Shown here one piece after another: positions 1 through 12,216 of a stretch of DNA of 64,000 nt (its first letter is position 1; each line of letters opens with the position of its first letter). Origin of the DNA: Chrysomallon squamiferum (taxonomy: Eukaryota; Animalia; Mollusca). Location of the stretch: positions 7,626,001 to 7,690,000 of the forward strand of contig CM022666.1 in assembly GCA_012295275.1 (NCBI GenBank), written 5' to 3'. The notes beneath the pieces are model-generated. The model saw nothing but the letters and a program-made list of their open reading frames with translations. It did not search any database and was not told the DNA's origin. The position numbers and the translations under genes were made by a program.

Positions 1-24
1 ATGTTCGAAAAAATGAATATACAC

Positions 25-1724
25 TCATATTTTCAACCCTGATATCACCTTTTTTACTGAATCTAAAACTTGCAAAGCAGTGGGTCTCGAACCAGGATCT
101 TCGGCCTTACACTTTCTAATGATAGATTTCATTTCCTTTGGCATAACTTTAGATCTGTCGAAAATGTACGACAAAACTACACCGAGGCGATAAATATCGG
201 ATTCAAATGAGGTAGGCTCGCCTTCGGCAACTTCCGGAGAGTAAAACGTATTTACCTCTGTAATTTGTATTCCGCGGAAAGAGGCTTTGGCCAAATCGAA
301 AAGTTTTATTTTCGGATTTCCATCTGTGATGTTTAAAATAATTGAATCGGTGTCCAGGCTGCTAATAATTACGTGCTTTTTATGAATTGACCGTATTGCA
401 TCAGCCAGTTCTAATGCAATTGCCGTACAGAATGAAAGTGTTAAACTTCGGCGGGAATTAAGGATATCAGACAACGTCGTCCATTGTCCAGAAAATTTGA
501 AAAGAATGCCTACGTCATTGGTTATGGGGTCCAATATTGTGATGCCTTTCACTTCCAACAAACTGTTATTGTCGCGTAAATACTCGTGAAACATCGCCTC
601 TTTCCGTACTATCGCGAATGTGCTGTCCATTCCGTACTTTAAAACAACCTGTTCGTTAGAAGGAATAATTTCTGTTACCAAAATGTTATTATATAAACTG
701 AATTTCCATTTTTCAGGTTCATGCAGGTCTTTTATTATATGTTTTGGAATTAAAACTGTTGTTAAATTTTTAAATGTTTCGTATTCTACGTCGGTTTTCG
801 GAGGAAAGATGCGAGGCAGGAAAGGTGAACTGGCACAGTCAGAACCAATCGTTTGCAGTCGTGATATGACGTCATAAATCTTTGGTCTTAGCAACGGGTC
901 CTTCTGAAGACACTGGTTAACCAACAGTGAATATATTCGGCTGTGAACATGCGGCTTCATCTTCTTCAGAATAAATCCCAAAGAATAAACGTCAACAGCA
1001 GGGGTGCTTACCTCGTACTGCATTTCCGGTGCTAAATTTGGAAATTCTTTAACATCTAAATGTCCAAGGTGATTTCCTCCTCGAAAAGAGGCGTCACCAA
1101 AGTCTATAAGATAAACTTTGATGTCCGATTCTCGCCACTGGACAAGGATATTGTTCATATGAAGATCGTTATAAATTACAAATTTTTCATGAAGAGATCG
1201 AATTATTTTAGCCACTTCGAGGCACAGGTAAATCCACGAACATTTTGGTATTTGTTTCTCTTCGTTAGCATTCAAAATATCTTCCAGCGTTGCAGTATTA
1301 GGCAGGTATTCTATGACAAGCCCTAATTTATGAACTTTAGACCCAGTGGGAACTAATCCAAAAATCGTTGGTACATAACCGATGTTTTCTAGGTATTTAT
1401 GTATTCGAAATTCCATTTCCACAGATTCACTGAGTAATCTTGATTTAAAGCTTTTTACGACAACCGGACAGTGGTTTGGACGAAACTGCGCAAGATAAAT
1501 ATTAGCGTAACTTCCGTTTCCGACTTTACGGAATTTTTTGTCCTTATCGACTTCATACAAAACTGCACCCTCGTGGAATATTGGCGGGTTAAAGGCTAAA
1601 AGATCTTTTGGTATATTGACATCACGGAATCCGTACATTTGGAAGACATTGTAGGGATCCATTACAGCGCACATACTTATATTTCCACCTGTGTAAAATT
1701 CAGGTGATCTGCACATGTGAGTAG
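25..1724 (-). CDS. Tandem kinase-pseudokinase protein, large coding exon 2 (both domains plus stop)
   Basis: Open frame with two kinase folds. Domain 1: GNGSYA, VVVK, YNDLHMNN, DFG, APE, DVYSLG. Domain 2: VVLK, ISSLDTDS, DLA, SPE, DIYRLG. Acceptor TTTTCAG ends at 1725 and is phase 1. The V/L-rich N-terminus of the track ORF (1725-1815) is intronic low-complexity sequence. Confidence 0.92.
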
Positions 1725-1825
1725 CTGAAAATAACAGTAACAATAACAATAAGTGAATAACAATAACAATAAGAAGAAGAAGAAGAACTCCAATAACTAC
1801 AACAACACTAACCACAATAATAATA

Positions 1826-2100
1826 ATGTTACAACGAAATCAAAGATTACTATCAGCCAGATGGAAACAAGTTAGAGTTGGAAAGAATTTACTCAGGAAA
1901 TTTATTTCTCCAAGGTTTTATTTAAATTTAATCCAGTGATAGTAGGAATGAATAAACGAAGACACACAAACATATTTTCGTTTAGGTGTAAGTGTGAGCT
2001 AGCTTTATACATTTACCAAAAGATATATAAACAATTACTACTATAGTGACTGCTGCTGTTGTTTCTGTTACTACTACGACTACTAATATACTACTACTAT

Positions 2101-2165
<65 letters not shown>

Positions 2166-2820
2166 CTACCACAAAAATTGATGGTACAGTACTAATGATT
2201 ATAATCATGATTATAATTTGCAGATAAATATTTCAAGGATTTATTCCATTAATATCAACAAAATACAAAATTTAAAATTAAATAATTGTATGTAAATCTA
2301 GCATTACTTACCAGCAGGTTTTGCTATACTAGTCTGAATTTCCATAATAAACCCTGCCATGATGTAATGAATAATTTTCATTTTCACAAATGCGATCTTC
2401 TAAATAATTAAGTTATAATAAAATCATACAAAGAGACGTTGAAAAACGTGTACATACATATATACATACATACATACAGACATACACACGCAGTCACGTT
2501 GGTTATTTCTAGTAAACTAATAATTGTGCAGATAAACATCTCTCTCGGGTAATATTGATTTCGATTTGTCAAATATTTGCTAACAAATGAAACAAGATGT
2601 TACAAGGAAAACCAAAGATTACTATTCGCCAGATGGAAACAAGTAAAAGTTACAAATAATTTATTCAGGAAATTTACTTCTCCAAGGTTTTATAATAGTA
2701 ATGAATGAATGAATATTTACGTTCGGGTGTAAAAGTATGTACCAAAATATAGGTAAACAATGACTAGCATAACGGCAATTCAGCTTGTGCAACTACTGCT
2801 CTTGTTGTTTCTGCTACTGC
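1826..2820. repeat. Diverged local duplication of about 230-250 bp (copies start at 1826 and 2597), each followed by (ACT)n
   Basis: Both copies share ATGTTACAA..CAAAGATTACTAT..GCCAGATGGAAACAAGT..CAGGAAATTTA.TTCTCCAAGGTTTTA. Confidence 0.8.
2312..2381 (-). CDS. Kinase gene coding exon 1 (MKIIHYIMAGFIMEIQTSIAKPA)
   Basis: ATG at 2381 in AAAATGA context with an in-frame TAG upstream; a second in-frame ATG at 2360. Donor GTAAGT at 2311-2306. Phase 1 joins exon 2 as G|CT (Ala). Confidence 0.7.
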
Positions 2821-2837
2821 TACTCCTATTCTCACAC

Positions 2838-2897
<60 letters not shown>

Positions 2898-4419
2898 TTA
2901 CTACTACTACTGCTAGTACTACTGTAATACTACTATTACTACTCCTCCTCCTACTACTACTGATAATAAGATACATCTATCACTACTACTACTACTACTA
3001 ATAATAATAGCAACAACAACAATAATAATAATACGACGTGACAATGCTGAATTCATATCAAATCATATAACCATATAATTATATATAATTACATCATATG
3101 TATCGTATCATATTATAACGTTATATCATATTATATCATATTAACTTTTATATCGCATCATATTATATCATATCTTATATACCTGAGATAAAAATTGGTA
3201 AACGTTTTCAAACGCCAGTTCCTGCATGACATTACAGGTTTTCACATACAAAATGAAGTTCGTATGCAATAACTAAAACTAATTTTACCGGAATTAAAAA
3301 TCAATGAGCCACATTATCGAATTCACGTGCATGTAACGTCTGCTGGCAACAACATTATTGATTTGAGATGGCGGTTCAGAACCTGTTGCACGGTTATATT
3401 TATGTTTCACGTTCAGATTAAAGAATATCGACTAAAATACATTCACATGTATGTAAGTTTGTCTACTGCAACTGGTCAATGCAAAACTGGTTTTATTTCT
3501 ATTACAATATTTGTAAAATGTGCTCTTTTAAGACACGTGGTAGAATACTAATCGAGTTGTTTTTTTTTCAGTTACGGATCCATGACGGATTTTAACGATC
3601 TGAAAACCATATAAGTCATTGTTAGAGTCGTTAATATATATATAAGATATTATAATATCTTTAATAATACTGCAGGCTTAAAAACACATCTTTGACGTTG
3701 ATTTTTATTTAGCAAATGTTTATATTTACATATTTCTAGTGATTTAACTTAACAACGTACACAAGAGTAATAAAGCGAAAAAGTTAAAAGTTATACATTT
3801 TTAATTGTGTCATAACATGTAGACTGAAAAACAAGAATAACAACAACAGCAATAACAACAACAAGAATAACAATAATAATAACAATAAAACAACAATACT
3901 ACTACTGCTACTTTTACTGCTACTACAGCTAGTACTACTGCTTCTACTACTACTACTACTACTAATAATAATAGTAACAACAACAATAATAATAAATTAA
4001 TTAATTAATCAATTAAATTCAGATGATTGCAGATCGCACTTAACGACTTTTCACATGTATCTAATAATTGAATAAAATTTTGAAATTAAAATAATTACAC
4101 TGTTTCATAAACAGTACGTGTATTTAACCTTTTGGTAATATAAGTATTTGATTTTTTAAAGTTTAATCTAATTTACTTTTTCGGACGGAATGAAGCACCA
4201 TCCTTGGTTCTACATTACGAAAAAAGAAATTGTTTGCAATATTCTTTTCTCTCTTGATATTTACATTCTCTTTATTGATTTATTCACTATAACTTTCTGC
4301 TATGTAAGTAATTACATAAAATCTTAATAAATGTTATTAATTTTAAAGATTTAAAACCGTGATGTGAGATCCAATTGTAACGGATGTTGGTTTACGCATG
4401 TCAAGTGTGACTGAGTAAA

Positions 4420-4429
4420 CTTCCTTTTT
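4420..4429 (+). promoter_or_regulatory. TCT initiator / 5'-TOP-like pyrimidine tract, likely TSS of TCTP
   Basis: CTTCCTTTTT lies 80 nt upstream of the TCTP ATG; TCTP mRNAs are established 5'TOP mRNAs. Confidence 0.6.
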
Positions 4430-4499
4430 AGACCGTCGATCACCGTGAGAAGTTTGTACTCGAACAGTCGGTAGTTCAAATCCACATCCATCGTCAAAA

Positions 4500-4527
4500 A
4501 TGATTATCTACAAAGATGCTGTCACAG
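4500..4527 (+). CDS. TPT1: TCTP exon 1 (MIIYKDAVTG)
   Basis: Typical TCTP N-terminus; donor GTATGT at 4528, phase 1. Confidence 0.93.
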
Positions 4528-5130
4528 GTATGTTAATAACTAATATGTGATATACTATTAAAACATAAGATTTTTGCCCTGCCAGTTTGAAAAATTGTGT
4601 TTATTGCTATATGTCAAAATGTTTACATGCTTAATTTAAATACCCACGTACCGTCGTACATGTGGCAGTAACGTTTGGTAAGATCAGATCAGTATAAAGG
4701 AAGAAACGAAAAAAAAAACAAAAAAACGATTACCAATATGGAAATAAATAACACCAGTGAATATGTAAATTATGTTAAAATTTGTAATGTCCAGATGGAA
4801 GTAAAAATAAACGAGACATAATTTCCGGATTAATTAACGTTTAAAATGTTGATGCCTGATGGAATTACCATTGATTCTATTGCTTTTAAAATATCTTGTA
4901 GCATCATATTAAGAGTACCTGGATTTTAAATGGAAATCCGAACTGTTTATTATAAAAGAGACATCTTTTGTTTAATTCAGTAGTAACACTAATCTAAATG
5001 TTCCATTTAAAAGTGAAGAACAGTTTGAAAACAGATTTTGATATTAAAACTAAGCAGTATATGTTACCCCTATATATTTTATTCTTTCTTGTTTCAAATT
5101 ATCTTTAATTTAAAACTTCTCTTCATACAG

Positions 5131-5201
5131 GTGATGAACTTTTCTCTGACACATACCCCATGAAGTTGATAGATGACTGCATATTTGAAATTCAGGGAAA
5201 G
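5131..5201 (+). CDS. TPT1: TCTP exon 2 (DELFSDTYPMKLIDDCIFEIQGK)
   Basis: Conserved DExFSD motif; CAG acceptor and GTATGT donor; ends in phase 0. Confidence 0.93.
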
Positions 5202-5912
5202 GTATGTTGTAATTTGTGTACATGTTCAGTTTCAAGTGGATTGTTCCTAACTTTGTACAAACTCAGGACACCAAAAGCTTGAAATATCCAAGATATTGTG
5301 TATTTAATTTTGAAACCTCAAGATGTCCTGATGTTTATTTTTGTTTTATCATAATGGTGTCAGTTATTTACTTGCTGCTGTATTCATTTATATACTATCA
5401 CTGGTTTCAAATAATGCATAATTCATTAGATTTGAACGTAATTATGGAGTTATTTCAAGACATGTGATACGTTCTGAATATATACAGCTCAGTCGTAATT
5501 CTTTTATGCTAAAAAGAGAATGATGAATTTTCCAAGACAATTTCCATGTTTATTACTAGTTCAGCCAAGTATTTTTAATTTCTGTTATTTCAAAGTTTAC
5601 ATTTCTCTTCTGGAACACTTCTGGGTAAAGGAATTTTTTTGTCAAAATTTAAAAGATTTAAACATTTTGTATAGACATACAGGAACATTAATATATTTTA
5701 TTTGTCACCATTTATAACCAATCATAATTGTTTTGTTCTTTTCGTTTAGTATATGTTTGAACCTTCACTTTATTCAACAGTATTGTCAGCTGTAAGCAAT
5801 AATTGTTTACAAAAAGTATAATTATGTAACCGAACATAAAGTTTATTAAACAGTTTGTCTATAAGCAGTGTTTGTTTGCAGACAGTATATATGAAACTTT
5901 TGTGTACTGCAG

Positions 5913-6102
5913 CACACCACAGAGAAGACGACAGTGAGCGATGACATGTTTGGTGGCAATGCCAGTGCTGAAGGTGGTGGTGACGAGACGAGTGAGAGTG
6001 ACATTACCAAGTCGGTGTCGATGTTGTGCTAGCCAACAGACTTATGGAAGTGTCATTCTCAAAGAAGCAGTACCAGAAATACATTAAAGACTACATGAAG
6101 GA
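5913..6102 (+). CDS. TPT1: TCTP exon 3 (..FGGNASAEG.. / GVDVVLANRLMEVSFSKKQYQKYIKDYMK), with an apparent 1-nt frameshift near 6000-6013
   Basis: TCTP signature GGNASAE and the GVDVV..KYIKDYMK block are in different frames; the first frame stops at TAG 6030-6032. Confidence 0.9.
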
Positions 6103-6164
6103 GTATGTGATGTTTTTATAGTCTCTCTTGTGTCTCTCTATTTTATTTCTCTTTATATCTGTCT

Positions 6165-6233
<69 letters not shown>

Positions 6234-6657
6234 GCATGCACAGATGGATACAAAATGTGTGTTTTTTAATATATTTTTCATTATGGTTGTATCATTTCTT
6301 GAAAATTACACTACTCTACAGTATAAATATCTGGAGTAAGATAGATAACATAATAATAATAATTTAGTCATTCTTCACATTCAGTTTTCCCAATCTACTT
6401 ACTGCTTAATGCCTGAAAGATAATGTATACTTTCAAGTCTGTTGCATTGTTTCATTTAAAAAGAAAATATTGATGATGCCAGCCATAAATTTAATCATTT
6501 CAAGTACCTTTAATGACCTCTGCTTTGTTGAATCAGTTTCACTCGTTCCTCTTTGACAGTGGTAAAAATAAATTTGAAATGTATTAACCATTAATTAAAA
6601 ATTACTTAATTACTAACTAAGTTCTTTCTTTCTTTTTTTTTCCTTTTTTTTTCTCAG

Positions 6658-6779
6658 AATCTGTGCTCGGTTAAGTGAAAAACATCCAGAGAGAGTAGAT
6701 GTGTTTAAGAAACAGGCCCAAGTAGCTGTGAAGAGAATACTGGAAAACTGGGATAAGAGAGAATATCAGTTTTTAGTTG
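6658..6779 (+). CDS. TPT1: TCTP exon 4 (ICARLSEKHPERVDVFKKQAQVAVKRILENWDKREYQFLVG)
   Basis: PERVxxF motif; polypyrimidine tract plus CAG acceptor; GTGAGT donor. Confidence 0.93.
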
Positions 6780-6910
6780 GTGAGTGCATATTAATGTTTT
6801 CACATTTATACAGGTATAAAGATATTTAACATTACTGTATCTAAATGTTGTTTGGTTGGTGAATAGATATTAATGTTACCACATTGATAGAGGTACAGAG
6901 ATATTGTATA

Positions 6911-7226
6911 CGGGTACTGGACCAATTATCTGGTGTCCTGAAATCTGGAAAGACTGGAAAACCAGAAGTTTTTTCCTGGTGCTATTTTCATAGTTCGTGC
7001 GCACAGGTGTTGTCCTCACCAGACTGGAACTACTCTTTCAAGACATGTGGTGTTCATTCACTCGCCGCATTGTTTATATGTTGAATAGCCACAGTTGTGT
7101 ATGATCAGTTTTCTTTATGTTTTTAATTTTAAAATGTTTATGCCTAATTATTTACATATTTAGATGCCTTGGGGCCCAGGAAATCAGGAATGCCTCAGGC
7201 CCCAAGGATAATTGGTCCGGTACCTG
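6911..7226. mobile_element. Tc1/mariner-type MITE in TCTP intron 4
   Basis: 20-bp TIRs CGGGTACTGGACCAATTATC and GATAATTGGTCCGGTACCTG (2 mismatches), flanked by TA at 6909-6910 and 7227-7228; no transposase ORF. Confidence 0.85.
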
Positions 7227-7545
7227 TATGGCAAATCTAAATCTTTTTGTTGGTGAATGAGTATTAATGTTATCACATTGATAACATGGAACTAGTGCAT
7301 TATCTAAGTATGTTGGGGATTTTTTTTTGACATGAAAGAATAAACTAGCATAATGTTTTGTCTAAATTGTCTTATTATATGTCATCTATTTTGTAGTCCA
7401 TACACAAACAAGCAATTTGAGACACATCAGTCTTATCTAATAATTAGGAAATAGTTATATAGTTTATAAATGAAATTATTTGTATATCATCAAAGTGGAA
7501 TGTTGAGTGTTTTGTTCTCTGTTAATGTAAAACTTCTGTGTTCAG

Positions 7546-7661
7546 GTGAATCGTACAACACTGACACAGGTCACATTGCTTTGATGTATTACCCTGAAGA
7601 CGGTGATGGACTGAGTCCAGTTTTACTATTTTTCAAAGACGGCCTTTTAGAAGAAAAAGTA
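7546..7661 (+). CDS. TPT1: TCTP exon 5 (ESYNTDTGHIALMYYPEDGDGLSPVLLFFKDGLLEEKV)
   Basis: Conserved C-terminal FFKDGLxEEK; TTCAG acceptor and GTAAGT donor. Confidence 0.95.
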
Positions 7662-8480
7662 GTAAGTATTTAATAACTGTTGTCTTTATCTTTATATGGG
7701 TGTGTGTGTGTGTTGACTGCTGTACGTGATTTTAGAATTTCTCAGTTATTTCTGATAGTACATCAGATTATTGGTAAATTCCAGTACTGTTTAGAAAACT
7801 ATTTTTAAAATAAAAGTTAAACTCGTGCATGGTTTATAAATCTCTGAAGTTGACATTGATCTAAAAGATGTGTGAAGTAACACTGCTGCAGATGTGAGGA
7901 ATTTTTCTCATTTCATCAAGCTCTTTACCCTAGATGATAAATAAAACCATGATAACAAGTCTAAATCTTTTCTTTTTTTTAAATAAAGTCCTTAAAATTT
8001 ATTACTTAAAATACTCCACCTTCTAATAGCCATCCTCACTGGTAACTGTGTGTGGGTGGTTTGCGCAAGGATGGAAAATTAAATGGTGACTAATTTCAAA
8101 ACACTGATGATTTTATTCACTGTTATCAGTGTTGAAAATAGCCAACAATTTCTTTAAAAAAAATTAACATTCAAAATGGACATAATTAATTCATCAGTGA
8201 TTTTAAATATTTTCTTACTGGCCTCTGTCTTTCAAAATGAGACTAAACCTAACCTAATGTTTAAAACTTTTGAAATATTTATTGGAGTTTTAGCACCCAA
8301 ATAATTTTTGATATTGAGATGCTAGTGGTAATTCAAATTAAGCATTATTATATTCCAAAAATTCCAGTGCAAATGAATTTGAGAGCTCTTTTTCCTGCAA
8401 TGATACTTTTTTTTTGTAAGATATGGCGAGACTGGTATTGTTTTTTAAAATACTGTTAATAATAATTTTTTATTTTTCAG

Positions 8481-8483
8481 TAA
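8481..8483 (+). CDS. TPT1: TCTP exon 6, contributing only the stop codon TAA, followed by the 3'UTR
   Basis: TTTTTCAG|TAA in phase 0; a stop-only last coding exon is the arrangement I recall for vertebrate TPT1. Confidence 0.8.
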   Translation, partial: 

Positions 8484-8756
8484 CTCAATGATTGGACAGA
8501 AAACATATACTACTCAAACTGTGCATGGCTATCTACTCAACTCAAGCTGAGCAGTCTTCTCCATACTAAACAAGCAGTGGACTGTCGAAAACACAAACAT
8601 TTATCTGCTGGTTATGTAATATGGAACAGATTATTCAGCTTTTTAAACTAATCTTTCCTTGCCTAGCTTTACTTGTATTTATTTTCACTTGTATTTCAAT
8701 TTCACAAAGGCAGAATTTGTGGTCTTGCATATGATCCAAAAAATGTAATTAATAAT

Positions 8757-8762
8757 AATAAA
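8757..8762 (+). terminator. Candidate TCTP polyadenylation signal AATAAA
   Basis: AATAAA about 275 nt after the stop, with GT/T-rich sequence downstream. Confidence 0.55.
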
Positions 8763-11053
8763 AAATAGAAATCAATATATTGAGATTGGGAGGGATAAAG
8801 TTTTAAAATTTATTAAATTTGTGTTGGGTTGAATGTTTAATAAATTGGGGGAGGTGTGGAGTGATTGGGGTTAAATTTTAAATGTTTTAACAAATTGCAT
8901 TTAGGCAGAATAATGAAGTATGTGCAAGTATTTATTGAATAATTTTTATTTTGAAGAGATATTTTTATCAGTGCTTATTGGCGAAAGTGCACAATTTCAC
9001 TTTTCAGAAGAATTTATTTATGTCAATGTATATCAGCTGTTGTAGCATTAATGTGGAAATGTCTTTTTAAAAAAAATTCTCATCTGATGGTTATTTGAGA
9101 TAATTTCATCTTGAGAGTTTTAGCTGGCCTACTACTTTTCCATTGTGCAATATACTTAATTTTTTTTTTTTTTTTAACCATCACTTTGATAAACTTTTAA
9201 AACCTGTATCATCATCGTCAATCAGCATTTGATAGCAGTTTATAAAAATTAAAATAAAAAAAATGGGATCAAAGTTACAGCAATTGCAACTTTGTGAATA
9301 TAAATTATTTTTTAGAAATTAAAAGGCTTGGCATAGAAAAATTGAAATCAAATCTGTGTACAGTTTATGGCAGTAAAAGATTGTAAATATTTTGATGTCA
9401 GTGTTTTTTGTTCGTTTTTCTCTATTCCATATCACATCTCATTGATTGGAAACTTGTACATATTCAACAATATATTTAAATTTAATACAAAAATGTTAAG
9501 GTATTTGCGTATGATACAAAGTTATATTTTTTTAACAGCTGTAACTGTTTAAACTAGACTTTATTATTTATTTTATTGTTGTTGGTCATCATTTAATATT
9601 CTGTTGTTTAACACTCAGTAATCAGTATATTGTTTTATGTTAGAATGTTAAATATTAATTTGATATTTTGTGGAACAGGTATTTGAGGAATAAATCTTGA
9701 TGTTAGTATGAAAAATGTAGCAGGTTTTCACCTGCCAGTAATAAATTTCATTTCATCGAGTTGCTCAATGTTTGAAAATTATATATCGTGCAACTAAGCG
9801 AAAATGTGCACCAATTTATTAGAACTGTTCTGTTATGCCATTTTGTCGCCTTAGCCTACAGTTGTTAAAATGGCAGACGACAGATGTGTTTCTTACAGGT
9901 CGTGAAATTCATTATTTCGTGTTACTACGTAGATATAAAACTGAATATATTAAACATTTATAGCGCGCAGTTCAAAACAAAAACCGTAATTTTATTTAAT
10001 GAATATGTTTATGCATAAATATCGCCTGAAAGTTTGAGTCAAGGGACGTAATTCTATTCGTCCTGTAATTACCTTAATACCTCGGATGGGAGAGTGATTA
10101 TGCTATACTGTTACGCATGAAAGGTAAATATATGTAAATCATTTTCGTCATAATAAATAAATAAATAATGAATAAATATCTATCAACCTGAAATAATGGC
10201 CATTTGAATTCAAGACCCCAAGGCGTAAATCTTTTTAAGTAACTACAGTAGACGTTCTGAACTATATTTCCAAAGCGTTAATTATTATCAAATGCTTACT
10301 AAAAAAAAAAAAAAAAAAATATATATATTCATAAACATTATTCGGAAATCACTATTTTATTGTTTCAAGAATAGAATTTTGGAAGCATTGTACAAATTAA
10401 AATTAAATCACCATGGAAATTGTTATTATTATTATTATTATTATCATGAAGTGTTTTCACTCAGAAAGAAAACGACAAAGAACATGGGAGGCGACACACC
10501 TACCTTCTCACAGGAAATGTGGAGGAATAACTCCATTATTCTGGACTATCCCACAGCAACAACAATGGCGTCTATAAGGAGACTGGCGCTAACCAGTCTG
10601 CTGAACATCAAACAAAATAGCCAGACACCTACAAACAGACGTACAAGCACGCATACTTTAGTAGGTGAAGAACGAGAAAATAGATACACACAAACAAACA
10701 CATTCCAACGTTTCTGCATACACACAATGAATCCGACAAACATGTATGCAGACAAATAAATGTTCAAACATGCACCCAAATACAATTACTCATGTTTTTA
10801 TGTTAAAAAATTTTATATTTGGGATAGGTGAGCTTTATGTTACACTTAACAAAAGAACAATTTTTTGTAAGCGCTGTGTTGTGATCAGAAATGCATGTGC
10901 CATAATGTTTTTTTTTTTGTGTGTGTGTGTGTGCAAATACATTTTCTGATAACGATTATTTTAATGACACTTTCACCAAGTGATTTGGTTAAAGCTTTAT
11001 TAATTTTAATTTTTGTTAATTAATTATTTTTAAAGTTTTGTTTGCGGTTTAAT

Positions 11054-11141
<88 letters not shown>

Positions 11142-11663
11142 ATTATTATTATTATTATTATTATTATACATTTGATTATACATTTGATTATTATTGCTTT
11201 TGTAAAGACATCCGTCAAAATCATCGATTTGAAACCAGTTTTCAAATATTTTTCATATTTGCTTATTATAAAGACAATAACATTATTTGTATAATTATAA
11301 ATTTAACTTAAGCTCATTTTCATCTAAGTTACAAGTGTCTAAGTATGAAAATCCAGATTTCCAACACACATAAATTATTATAATAAGAAAATGTAGGAAG
11401 CATCCATCAGCCTGAACGAGAAGAGAAACTATTTTATACAAATATGTCTGCCTCGCACACTCAACTCTGCTTTCTCTATAAAGAATAAATCTTACGCCTT
11501 TTTACCATATTTCCGAGTAAGGGGACCAATTCTAAGAATCTATAGACATTTTTTTATTTTATTTTTTTCCATGCCGCATGTATAGTAGGGTTAAATATCG
11601 AAAATATCAAAAATAGATCAGAACTTCATTGAATTTGCTTTCGTATCTTGGGTTTCTCTTTTA

Positions 11664-11831
<168 letters not shown>

Positions 11832-12185
11832 TGATTACCTGTTTGAACAAAATAGCCATGTGGCAAAGACAATCTGCAGTGAATGATCCATGCTGATGCA
11901 GAAGACACATAACGAATCCCCACCACAAAACACTGTAGGGGAGTATTCTGGGCCTCATTACCAGTGAATCCGCTATCTTCTAAAAGGTATTGAGTTAAAC
12001 CTCTCTGTGGCTATCTCTAAGATTACCTCGAAAAACAGTTTCGTCATTGATCGGCCGTAGTCATGGAAACCAAGTAACATAACTATTTTTGTTCCGGTGA
12101 CAAGAAAGAGATGAACAATGTAAGAAATAATATGCGGTTCTTTCTTCTTCTTCTTCTTTTTTTTTTTTTTAAAATTCTTCTTCTT

Positions 12186-12216
<31 letters not shown>

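Noticed and set aside
1725-1815. Hydrophobic N-terminus of the 596-aa track ORF as a TM anchor
   Set aside because: It translates low-complexity TTG/TTA/TTC repeats, starts at a non-ATG codon, and lies upstream of a good phase-matched acceptor.
7828-7951. Inverted repeat CATGGTTTAT..ATAAAACCATG in TCTP intron 5 as a snoRNA terminal stem
   Set aside because: Vertebrate TPT1 hosts a snoRNA, but I could not place convincing C/D or H/ACA boxes here; an Infernal/Rfam scan is needed.
10470-10620. Possible 3' remnant of an RTE-like LINE (..ATTMAS..DWR across a frameshift)
   Set aside because: The resemblance is too short and degenerate to support without a repeat-library search.
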